From NCBI GenBank assembly GCA_013151915.1, contig JAADHJ010000044.1, positions 67,029 to 131,028 of the forward strand: a stretch of DNA of 64,000 nt, given 5' to 3'. Positions within the stretch are counted from its first letter, which is position 1. Each line of letters opens with the position of its first letter. Origin of the DNA: Deltaproteobacteria bacterium (GTDB taxonomy: Bacteria; BMS3Abin14). The notes beneath the pieces were generated by a model. That model was not told the origin of the DNA. It was given only the letters and a program-made list of their open reading frames with translations, and made no database searches. Shown here piece by piece: positions 25,730-35,787 of the stretch. The position numbers were made by a program, and so were the translations under genes.

Positions 25730-28700
25730 ATGTCCAAGGGAGACGGCAGGTCCCTCATCTCTCTCGTAAAGCACAGCGGCAGGATCGCCGACGCCGCTTC
25801 TCTGGCCCCTCTTTTTCAATCTCTCACGGATATGGCCGCTTCCAAAGGCCTGTCGGAAGGCTTTGTCCACCGGGCCGTGAGCAGCGTCCTGGAAACAGCG
25901 GATCCCCCGGCCGCCCTCAATCGGCTGGCCAGAGTTCTGTCCATAACCGACGATCCCAACTTCCTCTCCCTTATGGAAGACCCCGACGGTCTCAGGTCCC
26001 TTCTGTCGATTTTCGGATACAGTAACTTCCTGTCCTCATTGATTATCCGATCCCCGGAGAATTATGTCTGGCTCATGCGGGAGGTGGGATTAGCCGGGAC
26101 CAGGTACTCCTCGTCCATGCGGGAGGAGCTGGAGGGTAAAATCAGGGGTGATGTCTCCATAGAAGATGCCTCGTTGATACTCCGGGCCAACAAGTACAGG
26201 GAGATGCTCCGGATCGGTGCCAGAGACCTGTTGGGGGTCGCGACCCTGGAGGAAACCGTCCACGACATTTCCAACCTCGCCGAGGCCTCAATAGATGTGT
26301 CGGTCCAGGTGGCCACGACCCATCTGAAGGCGAGGCATGGTATCCCCCTGCATGTGAGCAGCCTGCAAACTACCCGGCCGGGAAAATTCTGTGTACTTGG
26401 AATGGGAAAACTCGGAGGGGAAGAGCTTAACTACAGTTCAGACGTGGACCTCTTTTATCTCTATTCGTCTCATGAGGGGATGACCACCGGAAGGCGGTCC
26501 GCTTCCGGCGGCTACCGCGATGCTATCGACAACCACAGGTTCTACGTCAAGCTGGGGGAAACCGTCACGCATCTCCTTAACGAACGAACCGCCGAAGGAA
26601 TGGTGTTCCGCGTGGACCTTCGTCTCCGGCCCGAAGGGGAGGCCGGCGAGATCGCCTATTCCCTCTCCAGCCTGGAGGTGTACTACCAGTCGTGGGGAAG
26701 GACCACCGACAGGCTTGCCCTGCTGAAGGCCAGACCGGTAGGCGGCGACCAGCGGCTTGGGGAGGATTTTCTTGACCTGATGACCCCCTTTATTTATCGG
26801 AGGCATCTTGATTATACGGCCATTGAGGAGATCGGCCTTCTGAAGGAGAAGATCGATCGGCAGGTTAGCAGGGCTCCGCCCGGGGTCACAGACATCAAGC
26901 TGGGCCGCGGCGGGATCAGGGAGATCGAGTTTCTGGTCCAGAGCCTGCAGCTTATCCACGGCGGTCGAAACCCCGCTATCCGGGAGAAAAACACTCTGAG
27001 AGCCCTTGACCGGCTGATGAGAAACGGGTTCCTGACCGAGAGGGACGCGAGTACCCTGCGGGATGCCTACATCTTCCTTCGAACGGTGGAACACCGGGTT
27101 CAACTGGTGGAGGAACGCCAGATCCACACTTTGCCGCGGGATCCGGAGGGGCTTGAAAGGCTGGCCTATGTCATGGGCTTTTTTCGGGATGGCCGGGGCG
27201 ATCCGGATGCGTTTGACGGAACATTGAGCAGGGTTGCCGGAAATGTGCGGACCTGTTATGAACGTCTGTTCTTCACCGAAAAGGGCCACGGGGCCACGGA
27301 GGGGACGTGTGAATCGAACCTGTTGAGGGAAAATCTGACCCGGGAAGAGGCCGTAAACGAACTGAAGACGGCCGGTTTTTCCGACCCGGAGGAGGGGTAT
27401 CGAAACCTCCTCCTCCTCAGGGACGGCCCCGCGTATGGCCATTTTTCAGATGTCTGTCGGAACCTTTTAAGACGCATTGCTCCACGTCTTCTCGATGAAC
27501 TAAAGTCGGTGCCGAATCCGGATGCTGTTCTTGTCAATCTGAACCGGTTCATCGGCAGGGTAGGGGCGAGAGCCTCCTACTATTCCATGCTGGCCGGCAA
27601 TCCCGAATCAATCCGTTTGCTGGCTGTTCTCTTCGGTTCCAGTCCATTCCTTTCCAGCCTTCTCATCCGCCAGCCTGACCTGCTTGACCTGATGGTGATG
27701 GGGACCGATCTTTCCGCCTCCAAGCCGGCTGAGATCATGGAGGATGAGGTAAGGGGAGTGCTGCTTTCAAGCCCTTCCTTCGAGGACGAGCTGGTCATGC
27801 TGAGGAGATATCGCAACGGGGAGATCTTTCGCATCGGTCTGGGCGACCTGCTTGGATTAAGGGACCTGCCCGGTATCAACGGGGAGCTGACTCTCCTTGC
27901 CGAAACCCTTCTTCAGACCTCCTTCGACCTGGCCGTCAGGCACGTGGTCGCCCGGGGTGAAAAACCATCCGGCTCTTTTGGAGTAGTAGCCATGGGAAAG
28001 ATGGGCGGGGGGGAGATGAACTACAGCTCCGACCTGGACCTGATTTTCCTGTTCGAGGGGGCAGAAAAGGAAAGGGAGGATTACACCCGGGTAGCGCAGC
28101 GGATGATTACCATCCTCACCAGCCCCACAGGGGAGGGTGTGCTGTACCGTATTGACATGAGGCTCAGACCTTCCGGTCACTCTGGACCCCTGGTGACAAC
28201 CCTCGAGGCATTCAGGCGCTATCACCTCGAGGAGGCAATGGTGTGGGAGCGCCAGGCGTTGATCAAGGCCCGCTGGGTGGCCGGGAACCGGGAGCTCTCC
28301 CATGAGATAGAAAAGACCTTGGACGAACTTATATATACCCGCCCTGCCGGCAGGCAGGATCTTTCCGAAATCATGCGCGTCAGGCAGAGAATGGAAAATG
28401 AAATTGCAGATGAGGGCAAAGGGGATTACCTTGACATCAAAGCCGGACGGGGAGGGTTGGTGGACATTGAATTCGCGGTCCAGGCGCTCCAGTTGACCTA
28501 TGGCAAAAGGTATCCTCGGATCCGTTCCACCTCGACCTTCCATGCCCTGGATTCCATTCGTGAAACTGGACTTGTGGATGAAAAACAGTATAATATCCTG
28601 CGCCGCTCGTATCTCTTTTACAGAGAAATCGAGGATCGTTCCCACCTCCACAGCGACCGACCCGACCATCGGGTACCCCTGGATGAGGAAAAGGTCAAAC

Positions 28701-28843
28701 CACTTGCCAGGACGCTCGGGTATACCGGGAAAGGTGAAAAAGCGGGGGAGTTTCTCCATGATGTACAGGACACCAGGGAGCAGGTCAGGAAGGCTTACCA
28801 GGATATTTTAGGGAGGATTATTCATGGTTGTACCGGTGGCTAA
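25730..28843 (+). CDS. glnE: Bifunctional glutamine synthetase adenylyltransferase/adenylyl-removing enzyme
   Basis: Two nucleotidyltransferase cores (GMGKLGGEELNYSSDVDLFYLY and AMGKMGGGEMNYSSDLDLIFLF). Length is 1037 aa. Confidence 0.85.
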   Translation: MSKGDGRSLISLVKHSGRIADAASLAPLFQSLTDMAASKGLSEGFVHRAVSSVLETADPPAALNRLARVLSITDDPNFLSLMEDPDGLRSLLSIFGYSNFLSSLIIRSPENYVWLMREVGLAGTRYSSSMREELEGKIRGDVSIEDASLILRANKYREMLRIGARDLLGVATLEETVHDISNLAEASIDVSVQVATTHLKARHGIPLHVSSLQTTRPGKFCVLGMGKLGGEELNYSSDVDLFYLYSSHEGMTTGRRSASGGYRDAIDNHRFYVKLGETVTHLLNERTAEGMVFRVDLRLRPEGEAGEIAYSLSSLEVYYQSWGRTTDRLALLKARPVGGDQRLGEDFLDLMTPFIYRRHLDYTAIEEIGLLKEKIDRQVSRAPPGVTDIKLGRGGIREIEFLVQSLQLIHGGRNPAIREKNTLRALDRLMRNGFLTERDASTLRDAYIFLRTVEHRVQLVEERQIHTLPRDPEGLERLAYVMGFFRDGRGDPDAFDGTLSRVAGNVRTCYERLFFTEKGHGATEGTCESNLLRENLTREEAVNELKTAGFSDPEEGYRNLLLLRDGPAYGHFSDVCRNLLRRIAPRLLDELKSVPNPDAVLVNLNRFIGRVGARASYYSMLAGNPESIRLLAVLFGSSPFLSSLLIRQPDLLDLMVMGTDLSASKPAEIMEDEVRGVLLSSPSFEDELVMLRRYRNGEIFRIGLGDLLGLRDLPGINGELTLLAETLLQTSFDLAVRHVVARGEKPSGSFGVVAMGKMGGGEMNYSSDLDLIFLFEGAEKEREDYTRVAQRMITILTSPTGEGVLYRIDMRLRPSGHSGPLVTTLEAFRRYHLEEAMVWERQALIKARWVAGNRELSHEIEKTLDELIYTRPAGRQDLSEIMRVRQRMENEIADEGKGDYLDIKAGRGGLVDIEFAVQALQLTYGKRYPRIRSTSTFHALDSIRETGLVDEKQYNILRRSYLFYREIEDRSHLHSDRPDHRVPLDEEKVKPLARTLGYTGKGEKAGEFLHDVQDTREQVRKAYQDILGRIIHGCTGG

Positions 28844-29741
28844 AATCTGGATGAACGGTGGGATGGTTGACTGGGCCGACGCCCAGGTACATGTACTGAC
28901 CCACACCCTGCACTACGGCATGGGGTTCTTTGAGGGTATCCGTTTCTACAAAACACCGGAGGGCCCCGGGATATTTCGTCTCGAAGACCATGTAAGGAGG
29001 CTCTACGATTCCTGTAAAATATGCAGGATAGAGATCCCCTATGACTGGGATACCATCTGGAATGCCCACCTTGATGTCGTAAAGGTCAATGGGCTCGAGG
29101 ACGGTTATATCAGACCCGTGGTCTACCTGAAGGACGGCCCCATGGGTCTCCTGGTCCAACAGGACCATCCGGTGGGTGTCTTCATCGCGACCTGGTCCTG
29201 GGGGGCCTACCTGGGCGAGGATGGGCTGGAAAATGGTATCCGGACGAAGATCTCCTCTTTCGCGCGCAACCACGTCAACAGCCAGATGACAAAGGCCAAG
29301 GTCAACGGGGCCTACGTCAACTCCATCCTCTCCAAGATGGAGGCCCACCAGGCCGGTTACGACGAGACGATCATGCTCGATACCGATGGGTACGTCAGCG
29401 AGGGGAGCGGGGAAAACCTGTTTATCGTCCGGGACGGGGAGGTCAGGACAACATCCCTGACCTCCATTCTCAAGGGGATCACCAGGGATACGGTCTTTGT
29501 CCTCGCGAAGGAGTTGGGATACCGGGTTACGGAGGCCAGGTTCACCAGGGACGAGCTGTACGTGGCGGACGAGGCATTCTTCACCGGTACGGCCGCCGAG
29601 GTTACCCCCATACGGGAGGTGGATGACAGATCCATTGGAAAAGGCAGACCGGGACCTGTGACCCGGGCCATTCAGGAGGCCTACTTCAAGGCTGTCCACG
29701 GGAAGGACCCGAACCACAGGGCCTGGGTAACTGTTGTCTAG
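28824..29741 (+). CDS. ilvE: Branched-chain-amino-acid aminotransferase (class IV PLP)
   Basis: IlvE-type N-terminus KIWMNGGMVDW. Class IV motifs are present (EGIRFY, catalytic lysine region NVNSQMTKAKV..NGAY) and the tail reads EAFFTGTAAEVTPI. It overlaps the glnE 3' end by 20 bp. Confidence 0.85.
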   Translation: MVVPVAKIWMNGGMVDWADAQVHVLTHTLHYGMGFFEGIRFYKTPEGPGIFRLEDHVRRLYDSCKICRIEIPYDWDTIWNAHLDVVKVNGLEDGYIRPVVYLKDGPMGLLVQQDHPVGVFIATWSWGAYLGEDGLENGIRTKISSFARNHVNSQMTKAKVNGAYVNSILSKMEAHQAGYDETIMLDTDGYVSEGSGENLFIVRDGEVRTTSLTSILKGITRDTVFVLAKELGYRVTEARFTRDELYVADEAFFTGTAAEVTPIREVDDRSIGKGRPGPVTRAIQEAYFKAVHGKDPNHRAWVTVV

Positions 29742-32391
29742 TCTCTATCTTATTGACGGCAGTTCCTATATCTATCGCGCTTATCACGCCATACGCGGCC
29801 TGTCCACAAGGGATGGTTTTCCCACAAATGCCGTGTTCGGCTTTGCCAATATGCTGCTGAAGATTCTGCGGGATCATCAGCCGACCTACGTTGCCATAGT
29901 CCTGGATTCCAAAGGGCCCACATTCCGCCACGAACGATACCCGCAATACAAGGCCAACCGCCCCCCCATGCCCGAAGATCTCAGGGTTCAGCTGCCGCGC
30001 ATTGAAGAACTCATTGATGCGTTCAATATCCCGGCCCTGCAAAAGGAGGGGTTCGAGGCCGACGACATCATTGCCACCCTCGTAAAACGTTGGTCCGGGA
30101 AGGTGGACAGTACCGTCGTCGTTTCGTCGGACAAGGATCTCATGCAGTTGGTCTCCGGGCGTGTCCGCATGCTCGATACCATGAAGGAAAAGTGGATCGG
30201 GGTTGAGGAGGTCCGGGAACGCTTTGGCGTGGACCCTGAGCGGGTCCCGGATGCCCTCGCCCTGGCGGGCGACACAAGCGACAATGTTCCGGGACTGCCG
30301 GGCGTTGGTCCAAAAACCGCGGGGAAGCTCATATCCGCCTACGGTACCCTGGAGGGCCTCATCGAAAGAAAAGATGAGATTGATGGTAAGGTCGGCCGGA
30401 ATCTTGCTTCCGGGGTAGACGCTGTCCGACTGGCCCTATCGCTGGTAACCCTCGACAGGGATGTTGATCTTCGTATTACCATGGACGATCTTACGGCCTG
30501 CGGGCCTGATGTGGAGTCCCTCCGGACGATCTTCCAGGAACTTGGTTTTACCAGCCTTATCAGGGGACTGACGCCGCAGACAAGCCTTGGCCGCGAGGGT
30601 TACCATATCATCGGCAGCGAGGAGGAATTGATAGATCTGGCCGGGCGTCTTCGGGGTGTCGATATTCTGGCGGTGGACACGGAGACAACCGACAGAGATG
30701 CCATGAAAGCCCGCCTGGTGGGCATCTCCCTTTCATGGGAACCGGGCCGGGCTGCCTATGTACCCCTGACACACAGCTACCTCGGGGTTCCCCGGCAGAT
30801 ACCTGAACCACGGGCCAGGGAGATTCTCGGCCCCGTTCTCGGTGACCCGTCCATCCACAAGGTCGGACAGAACGTCAAGTACGACATGAAGGTGCTTGCG
30901 CGTTCCGGCTGGGCGCTTGAAGGCGTTCGATGGGACACGATGATCGCTTCCTACCTGGTTAACCCTTCCAGACGGTCCCACAGCCTTTCGGAGATCTCCG
31001 CGGAGCGGCTCAACCACACCATGATCTCCTACGATGAGGTCACCAAGAAGGGGAAAAAGCGGATACTGTTTTCCGATGTCCCGGTGGAAGAAGCAGGGAT
31101 ATACTCGTGCGAGGACGCCGACGTAACTTTCAGGGCACTGAAGCCCCTGCTGGAGGACCTCGAGAGGATGGAGCTTCTCGATCTGTTCCAGAATGTGGAG
31201 ATGCCGTTGGTTCGGGTTCTCAAGGAGATGGAGATGGTCGGGGTGCTGCTGGATATCCGGCCTCTTCTGGATCTATCCTCGGAGCTTTTGGACAGGCTCA
31301 AGGAGCTGGAGGCAAAAATTCACATGGAGGTCGGCAGACCCTTCAACGTCGGTTCTCCCAAACAGCTTTCCCATGTTCTGTTCGAGGTCCTGAAGCTCCC
31401 CGCGCTCAAGAAAACCAAGACAGGATACTCCACCAGCAGTGATGTCCTTATCGAACTTTCCTCAAAACATCACCTGCCGGCCATGGTGCTCGAGTACAGG
31501 AGCATGGCGAAGCTCAAATCCACCTACCTTGATGCCCTTCCCGCCCTCATCAACCCGGAGACCGGGAGGATCCACACCTCGTTCAACCAGACCGCCACTG
31601 CCACAGGCAGGCTTTCGAGCTCCAATCCCAACCTGCAGAACATCCCGATCCGGACCGAGCTTGGCAGAAGGATACGCGGGGCGTTTGTCGCGCCGGAGGG
31701 AAGTGTCCTGTTGTCGGCGGACTACTCCCAGATCGAGCTGAGAATCCTTGCCCACCTTTCCGGGGACACGGAGCTGTTGGAGGCGTTTCGCAAGGGCGAG
31801 GACGTCCATGCCAGAACCGCCCGGCAGGTGCTCGGTGCCGGCGAGGATGTGGAACCTGAGCTGAGAAGGCGGGCCAAAGTCATAAATTTCGGCATCATCT
31901 ACGGGATGAGCGCTTTCGGGCTGTCAAAGGAGCTTGGAGTCCATCCGAAAGAGGCCGCGGAGATCATCGATGGATACTTTGACGTCTATTCGGGGGTAAA
32001 GGCCTATATTGATCGGACGCTGGAAGAAGCCAGGACGAACGGATACGTCATGACGCTCATGAACCGGCGACGCTACCTCCCGGAGCTCACGAGTGCCAAT
32101 CCAAACCAGAGGCAGCTCGGGGAGCGTATGGCGGTAAACACTCCCATTCAGGGGACGGCGGCGGATCTCATCAAGGTGGCCATGATCGCGATCCACGGGG
32201 AACTGGGGGAACGGGTCCCGGAGGCGAGGATGATACTTCAGGTTCACGATGAACTTGTTTTCGAGGTACCCGAGGATCATCTCGCCCGGACCTGTGAGAT
32301 CGTCAGGGATGGCATGGAGAAGGTTGCAGCGCTGCAGGTCCCGCTTGTTGTTGATTTGGGAACAGGCGCGAACTGGGCGGAGGCCCATTGA
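29734..32391 (+). CDS. polA: DNA polymerase I (5'-3' exonuclease, 3'-5' exonuclease, polymerase domains)
   Basis: N-terminus LYLIDGSSYIYRAYHA and polymerase motifs DYSQIELRILAHLS, RRRAKVINFGIIYG and QVHDELVFE are present. Length is 885 aa with an apparent TTG start. Confidence 0.9.
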   Translation: MSSLYLIDGSSYIYRAYHAIRGLSTRDGFPTNAVFGFANMLLKILRDHQPTYVAIVLDSKGPTFRHERYPQYKANRPPMPEDLRVQLPRIEELIDAFNIPALQKEGFEADDIIATLVKRWSGKVDSTVVVSSDKDLMQLVSGRVRMLDTMKEKWIGVEEVRERFGVDPERVPDALALAGDTSDNVPGLPGVGPKTAGKLISAYGTLEGLIERKDEIDGKVGRNLASGVDAVRLALSLVTLDRDVDLRITMDDLTACGPDVESLRTIFQELGFTSLIRGLTPQTSLGREGYHIIGSEEELIDLAGRLRGVDILAVDTETTDRDAMKARLVGISLSWEPGRAAYVPLTHSYLGVPRQIPEPRAREILGPVLGDPSIHKVGQNVKYDMKVLARSGWALEGVRWDTMIASYLVNPSRRSHSLSEISAERLNHTMISYDEVTKKGKKRILFSDVPVEEAGIYSCEDADVTFRALKPLLEDLERMELLDLFQNVEMPLVRVLKEMEMVGVLLDIRPLLDLSSELLDRLKELEAKIHMEVGRPFNVGSPKQLSHVLFEVLKLPALKKTKTGYSTSSDVLIELSSKHHLPAMVLEYRSMAKLKSTYLDALPALINPETGRIHTSFNQTATATGRLSSSNPNLQNIPIRTELGRRIRGAFVAPEGSVLLSADYSQIELRILAHLSGDTELLEAFRKGEDVHARTARQVLGAGEDVEPELRRRAKVINFGIIYGMSAFGLSKELGVHPKEAAEIIDGYFDVYSGVKAYIDRTLEEARTNGYVMTLMNRRRYLPELTSANPNQRQLGERMAVNTPIQGTAADLIKVAMIAIHGELGERVPEARMILQVHDELVFEVPEDHLARTCEIVRDGMEKVAALQVPLVVDLGTGANWAEAH

Positions 32392-32421
32392 TGTTGATGA
32401 CTTTTGCAAAGTCATCAACAT
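32391..32421. repeat. Short palindrome ATGTTGATGACTTTTGCAAAGTCATCAACAT (repeat C) overlapping the polA stop codon
   Basis: A near-perfect 31-bp palindrome. The same GTTGATGACTTTTTGC...AAGTCATCAAC motif recurs at 37451, 42193, 22942, 20861 and 59479. Confidence 0.55.
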
Positions 32422-32455
32422 TGACCGTTCTTCTACCGATGTGGTACGTTTTTTC

Positions 32456-33448
32456 ATGATTGACCGGGATATCCGTTCCTGCTTCGTAACCGGTGGAACA
32501 GGATTTATCGGAAGCCACCTGGTGGACCATCTTCTTAAGCAGGGGGTGAAGGTACGCTGCCTGGTCAGGAGGCCGTCCAAGCTCAGGTGGCTGGCGGGGC
32601 GGCCTGTTCAGATTATACAGGGTGATCTGGCCTCTGACGAGGCTCTTGCGGCCGGCGTCGCCGGTGTCGACGCGGTATTTCACCTTGCCGGCCTCGTTGC
32701 AGCGGGAAGCCGGGAGGAATACTTCAGGGTTAACGCGGACGGGTGCCGGAGCCTTGTGAAGGCGGTTGGTCTAAGTGGGGGAAAAACCACCGTTTTGGTC
32801 TACGTTTCAAGCCTGGCGGCTTCCGGGCCCAGTGAAGCGGATGGGGAGGTTACAGAGGAGGATTCTCCGGCGCCCATTACCTCTTACGGGATGAGCAAGC
32901 TTGAGGGGGAAAGAGCTCTGGAGGCCGCCTCGGGCCGGCCGATCGTGATTGTCAGACCCCCCGCCGTGTACGGCCCGAGGGACAGGGAGATTCTCCCCTT
33001 CTTTCGCATGGGAAACAGGGGATTCTTTCCCATCATTAACAGCGGAGCGCGTATCAGTCTCGTTCATGTGGAGGACCTGGCAAAGGGAATCTATCGCGCC
33101 GCGTGTTACGGCGGTCCCGGTGAAGCCTACTTCATCACCGGGCATGAGACAGTCAGGATCTCCGATATGCCTCGGTTCCTTTCGGAGGCTCTCGGAAAAA
33201 AGGTAAGGGGGGTGAGGATTTCACCAGCCCTTGTGAGCGTGGCGGCGGGTCTTTCCGAGGCATGGGGAAGGATCCGTGGCCGGATGCCCGTTTTTAACAG
33301 GGACAAGGCCAGGGAGCTGGCCGCGCCCGGTTGGGTGTGCAGTTCCGCCAAAGCGTTGAGGGATCTTTCGTTCCAGGCTGAGATCAGCATCAAGGATGGT
33401 TTTTCGCAGACAGCTCGATGGTACAGGGAGAACAACTGGATCAGGTAA
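32456..33448 (+). CDS. NAD-dependent epimerase/dehydratase-fold reductase (NDUFA9/3beta-HSD-like; candidate 3-ketosphinganine/ceramide reductase, CerR-like)
   Basis: Rossmann motif TGGTGFIGSHL and catalytic YGMSK are present. The start is taken at ATG 32456, after the polA stop. It lies adjacent to spt. Confidence 0.65.
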   Translation: MIDRDIRSCFVTGGTGFIGSHLVDHLLKQGVKVRCLVRRPSKLRWLAGRPVQIIQGDLASDEALAAGVAGVDAVFHLAGLVAAGSREEYFRVNADGCRSLVKAVGLSGGKTTVLVYVSSLAASGPSEADGEVTEEDSPAPITSYGMSKLEGERALEAASGRPIVIVRPPAVYGPRDREILPFFRMGNRGFFPIINSGARISLVHVEDLAKGIYRAACYGGPGEAYFITGHETVRISDMPRFLSEALGKKVRGVRISPALVSVAAGLSEAWGRIRGRMPVFNRDKARELAAPGWVCSSAKALRDLSFQAEISIKDGFSQTARWYRENNWIR

Positions 33449-33462
33449 GACCAACGAGGAGG

Positions 33463-34650
33463 ATGAAAGTGGGAATTTTCGACAAGTGTTGTCAGCTCGA
33501 ACGGCTCCAACAGGTGCGCGAGGCTGGTCTGTACCCCTATTTCAGGGTTATCGAGTCACAGCAGGATCCGGAAGTGATTATAAACGGGAAAAAGATAATC
33601 ATGTGCGGTTCCAACAACTATCTGGGTCTTACCTCTCATCCCAAGGTCAAGGAGGCCGCCGTTGAGGCAACCCGGAAGTATGGCACGGGGTGTGCCGGCT
33701 CGCGTTTTCTCAACGGGACACTGGATATCCATGTAAAGCTGGAGGAAAAACTGGCAAGGTTTTTCCGCAAGGAAGCCGCGCTGGTTTTTGCAACCGGTTA
33801 TCAGACCAACCTCGGTGTTATATCAGCTCTTGTGGGCAGGGGGGATGTTGCCGTCAGCGACCGTCAGAATCACGCCTCTATCGTGGATGGATGCAAGTTG
33901 AGTTATGGGGAGATAAGGAAGTTCCGCCACAACGACGTGGAGGATCTGGACCGGCTTCTGGATAGCGAGCGGGATCGGAACAAGCTGATCATCGTGGACG
34001 GTGTTTTTTCCATGGAGGGCGATATCGCTCCCCTGTCCGAGATTATTGCCCTGAGGGGGAAACACGATTTCGGGATCATGGTGGACGACGCGCACGGTGT
34101 GGGCGTCCTGGGTGAATCGGGAAGAGGGACCAGTGAGCATTTCGGCATGGAGGATGAGGTGGACGTCATTATGGGGACCTACAGCAAATCCCTGGCGACC
34201 ATCGGCGGGTTTGTGGCGGCCTCTCAGAAAATAGTGGATTATCTGAAACACTCCAGCCGCTCCATGATCTTTTCCGCCAGTCTGAGTCCGGGCAGTGTCG
34301 CTGCGGTAAGCGTGGCCCTGGACATTATTGAGGATGAACCCGAGCGTCGGGAAAGGTTGTGGAATCATACGAACTGGATGCTGGAGGAATTCCGGTCCCG
34401 CGGTTTTGACGTGGGCCACGCCGCCACTCCCATTATCCCTATCGTGGTGGGAGACGATTTGCTCGCTTTCAGAATGAGCCTCATGCTGCTCGAGGAAGGC
34501 GTCTTCACCAATCCGGTGGTCAGCCCGGCCACTCCGGCGGACAGGGCACTCATCCGCACCAGCTACATGGCCACCCACACCGAGGAGCACCTCAACAGGG
34601 TCATGGACGCTTTCGTGAAGGTGGGGCGGGACGTCGGGCTGATAGGGTGA
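33463..34650 (+). CDS. spt: Serine palmitoyltransferase-type alpha-oxoamine synthase
   Basis: PLP-dependent alpha-oxoamine synthase fold. The residues match SPT rather than Kbl or BioF at diagnostic positions (SRFLNGT, FRHNDVEDLDRLL, TYSKSLATIGGFVAAS versus Sphingomonas SPT SRMLNGT, FRHNSVEDLDKRL, TFSKSVGTVGGFV). A GAGGAGG ribosome-binding site lies upstream. Confidence 0.75.
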   Translation: MKVGIFDKCCQLERLQQVREAGLYPYFRVIESQQDPEVIINGKKIIMCGSNNYLGLTSHPKVKEAAVEATRKYGTGCAGSRFLNGTLDIHVKLEEKLARFFRKEAALVFATGYQTNLGVISALVGRGDVAVSDRQNHASIVDGCKLSYGEIRKFRHNDVEDLDRLLDSERDRNKLIIVDGVFSMEGDIAPLSEIIALRGKHDFGIMVDDAHGVGVLGESGRGTSEHFGMEDEVDVIMGTYSKSLATIGGFVAASQKIVDYLKHSSRSMIFSASLSPGSVAAVSVALDIIEDEPERRERLWNHTNWMLEEFRSRGFDVGHAATPIIPIVVGDDLLAFRMSLMLLEEGVFTNPVVSPATPADRALIRTSYMATHTEEHLNRVMDAFVKVGRDVGLIG

Positions 34651-34656
34651 CAATCC

Positions 34657-35778
34657 ATGATGAGTCTTAAAGTAGTTGACGCCGAAAGCGGAAGCGCCCA
34701 TCGCGACTTCATCGGGCTTCCCTGGGCCATCAATCGGGATGACCCCTACTGGGTCCCGCCCTTAAGGAGGGAGGTCGCGAAACTCCTTTCCCTTAAACAC
34801 CCCTTTTTCCAGCACGCCGAACGAAAACTTTTCCTTGTAAAGGACGGTGAACAGCCCGTTGGCCGTATAGCGGCCATTATCAACCACAACCACAACAGGT
34901 TTCACGACGAGAAAGCGGGGTTTTTCGGGTTTTTCGAGGCGTTTCCCGATCCGGGCATATCCTCGGTGCTGTTTGCTGCGGCGGAGGGGTGGCTCCGGGG
35001 AAAGGGCGCTGAATTCGTCATGGGACCCATGAACCCCAGCACCAATGAGGAGTGCGGCCTGCTGGTGGACAACTTTATGTCTTCACCCTTGGTGATGATG
35101 ACCTACAACCCCCCCTACTACATGGATCTGATCGAGGACGCAGGGTACGCAAAGGCCAAGGACCTTTATGCCTATTCCTTCAATACCCCCCGGACCATCC
35201 CTCCCAGGCTGGAGAAGCTTACAAAACGGATCGAGAAACGAGAAAAAGACCTTGTAACCCGGCCGGTGGACATGAAGCGTTTTGCCCGGGAGATCGAGGT
35301 GGTAAAAGCCATCTATAACGATGCGTGGGAAAAGAACTGGGGGTTCGTTCCCATGACCGATGCCGAGATGGATCAGATGGCCAAGGATCTTAAACCGATC
35401 ATCGTTCCGGAACTTACCATCCTTGCATTCATCGGTGACGAACCGGCGGGCTTTATCATGAGCCTTCCGGACTACAACCAGGTCCTGAAGGTACTCGATG
35501 GCCGGATGACTCCATGGGGTGTTTTCCGGGCAATAAGGGCGGCGAAGAGGATACGGACGGGTAGGTGTATAACTCTGGGTGTGAGGGAGAAGTTCCGAAA
35601 ACGTGGGCTCGAAGCGCCCCTGTTCGCGGCCACTCTGCGCGCCGGTATTGAGAAGGGATATCGGTACGGGGAATTTTCATGGATTCTCGAGGACAACACC
35701 CTGGTAAACGAAACTATCAACAAGGTATTCTCCGCTACTCATTACAAGACCTACCGGATTTACCGCAAAGACCTGTAG
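34657..35778 (+). CDS. GNAT/FemAB-like N-acyltransferase-fold protein (candidate bacterial ceramide synthase, bCerS-like)
   Basis: No hit to classical enzymes. Length (373 aa) and secondary-structure pattern fit acyl-CoA N-acyltransferase-like folds. It is genetically coupled to spt (7-bp gap). Confidence 0.5.
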   Translation: MMSLKVVDAESGSAHRDFIGLPWAINRDDPYWVPPLRREVAKLLSLKHPFFQHAERKLFLVKDGEQPVGRIAAIINHNHNRFHDEKAGFFGFFEAFPDPGISSVLFAAAEGWLRGKGAEFVMGPMNPSTNEECGLLVDNFMSSPLVMMTYNPPYYMDLIEDAGYAKAKDLYAYSFNTPRTIPPRLEKLTKRIEKREKDLVTRPVDMKRFAREIEVVKAIYNDAWEKNWGFVPMTDAEMDQMAKDLKPIIVPELTILAFIGDEPAGFIMSLPDYNQVLKVLDGRMTPWGVFRAIRAAKRIRTGRCITLGVREKFRKRGLEAPLFAATLRAGIEKGYRYGEFSWILEDNTLVNETINKVFSATHYKTYRIYRKDL

Positions 35779-35787
35779 GCGGATAGT

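Noticed and set aside
26438-27442. 334-aa minus-strand ORF inside glnE
   Set aside because: Antisense shadow ORF. glnE on the plus strand has both nucleotidyltransferase signatures.
33463-34650. Alternative call as 2-amino-3-ketobutyrate CoA ligase (Kbl), with the upstream epimerase-fold gene as L-threonine dehydrogenase
   Set aside because: Motif-by-motif comparison favours serine palmitoyltransferase (SRFLNGT, FRHNDVEDLDRLL, TYSKS..GGFV) over Kbl (VRFICGT, YANNDMQELEARL, TLGKALGG). The alternative is kept as a stated refutation test.
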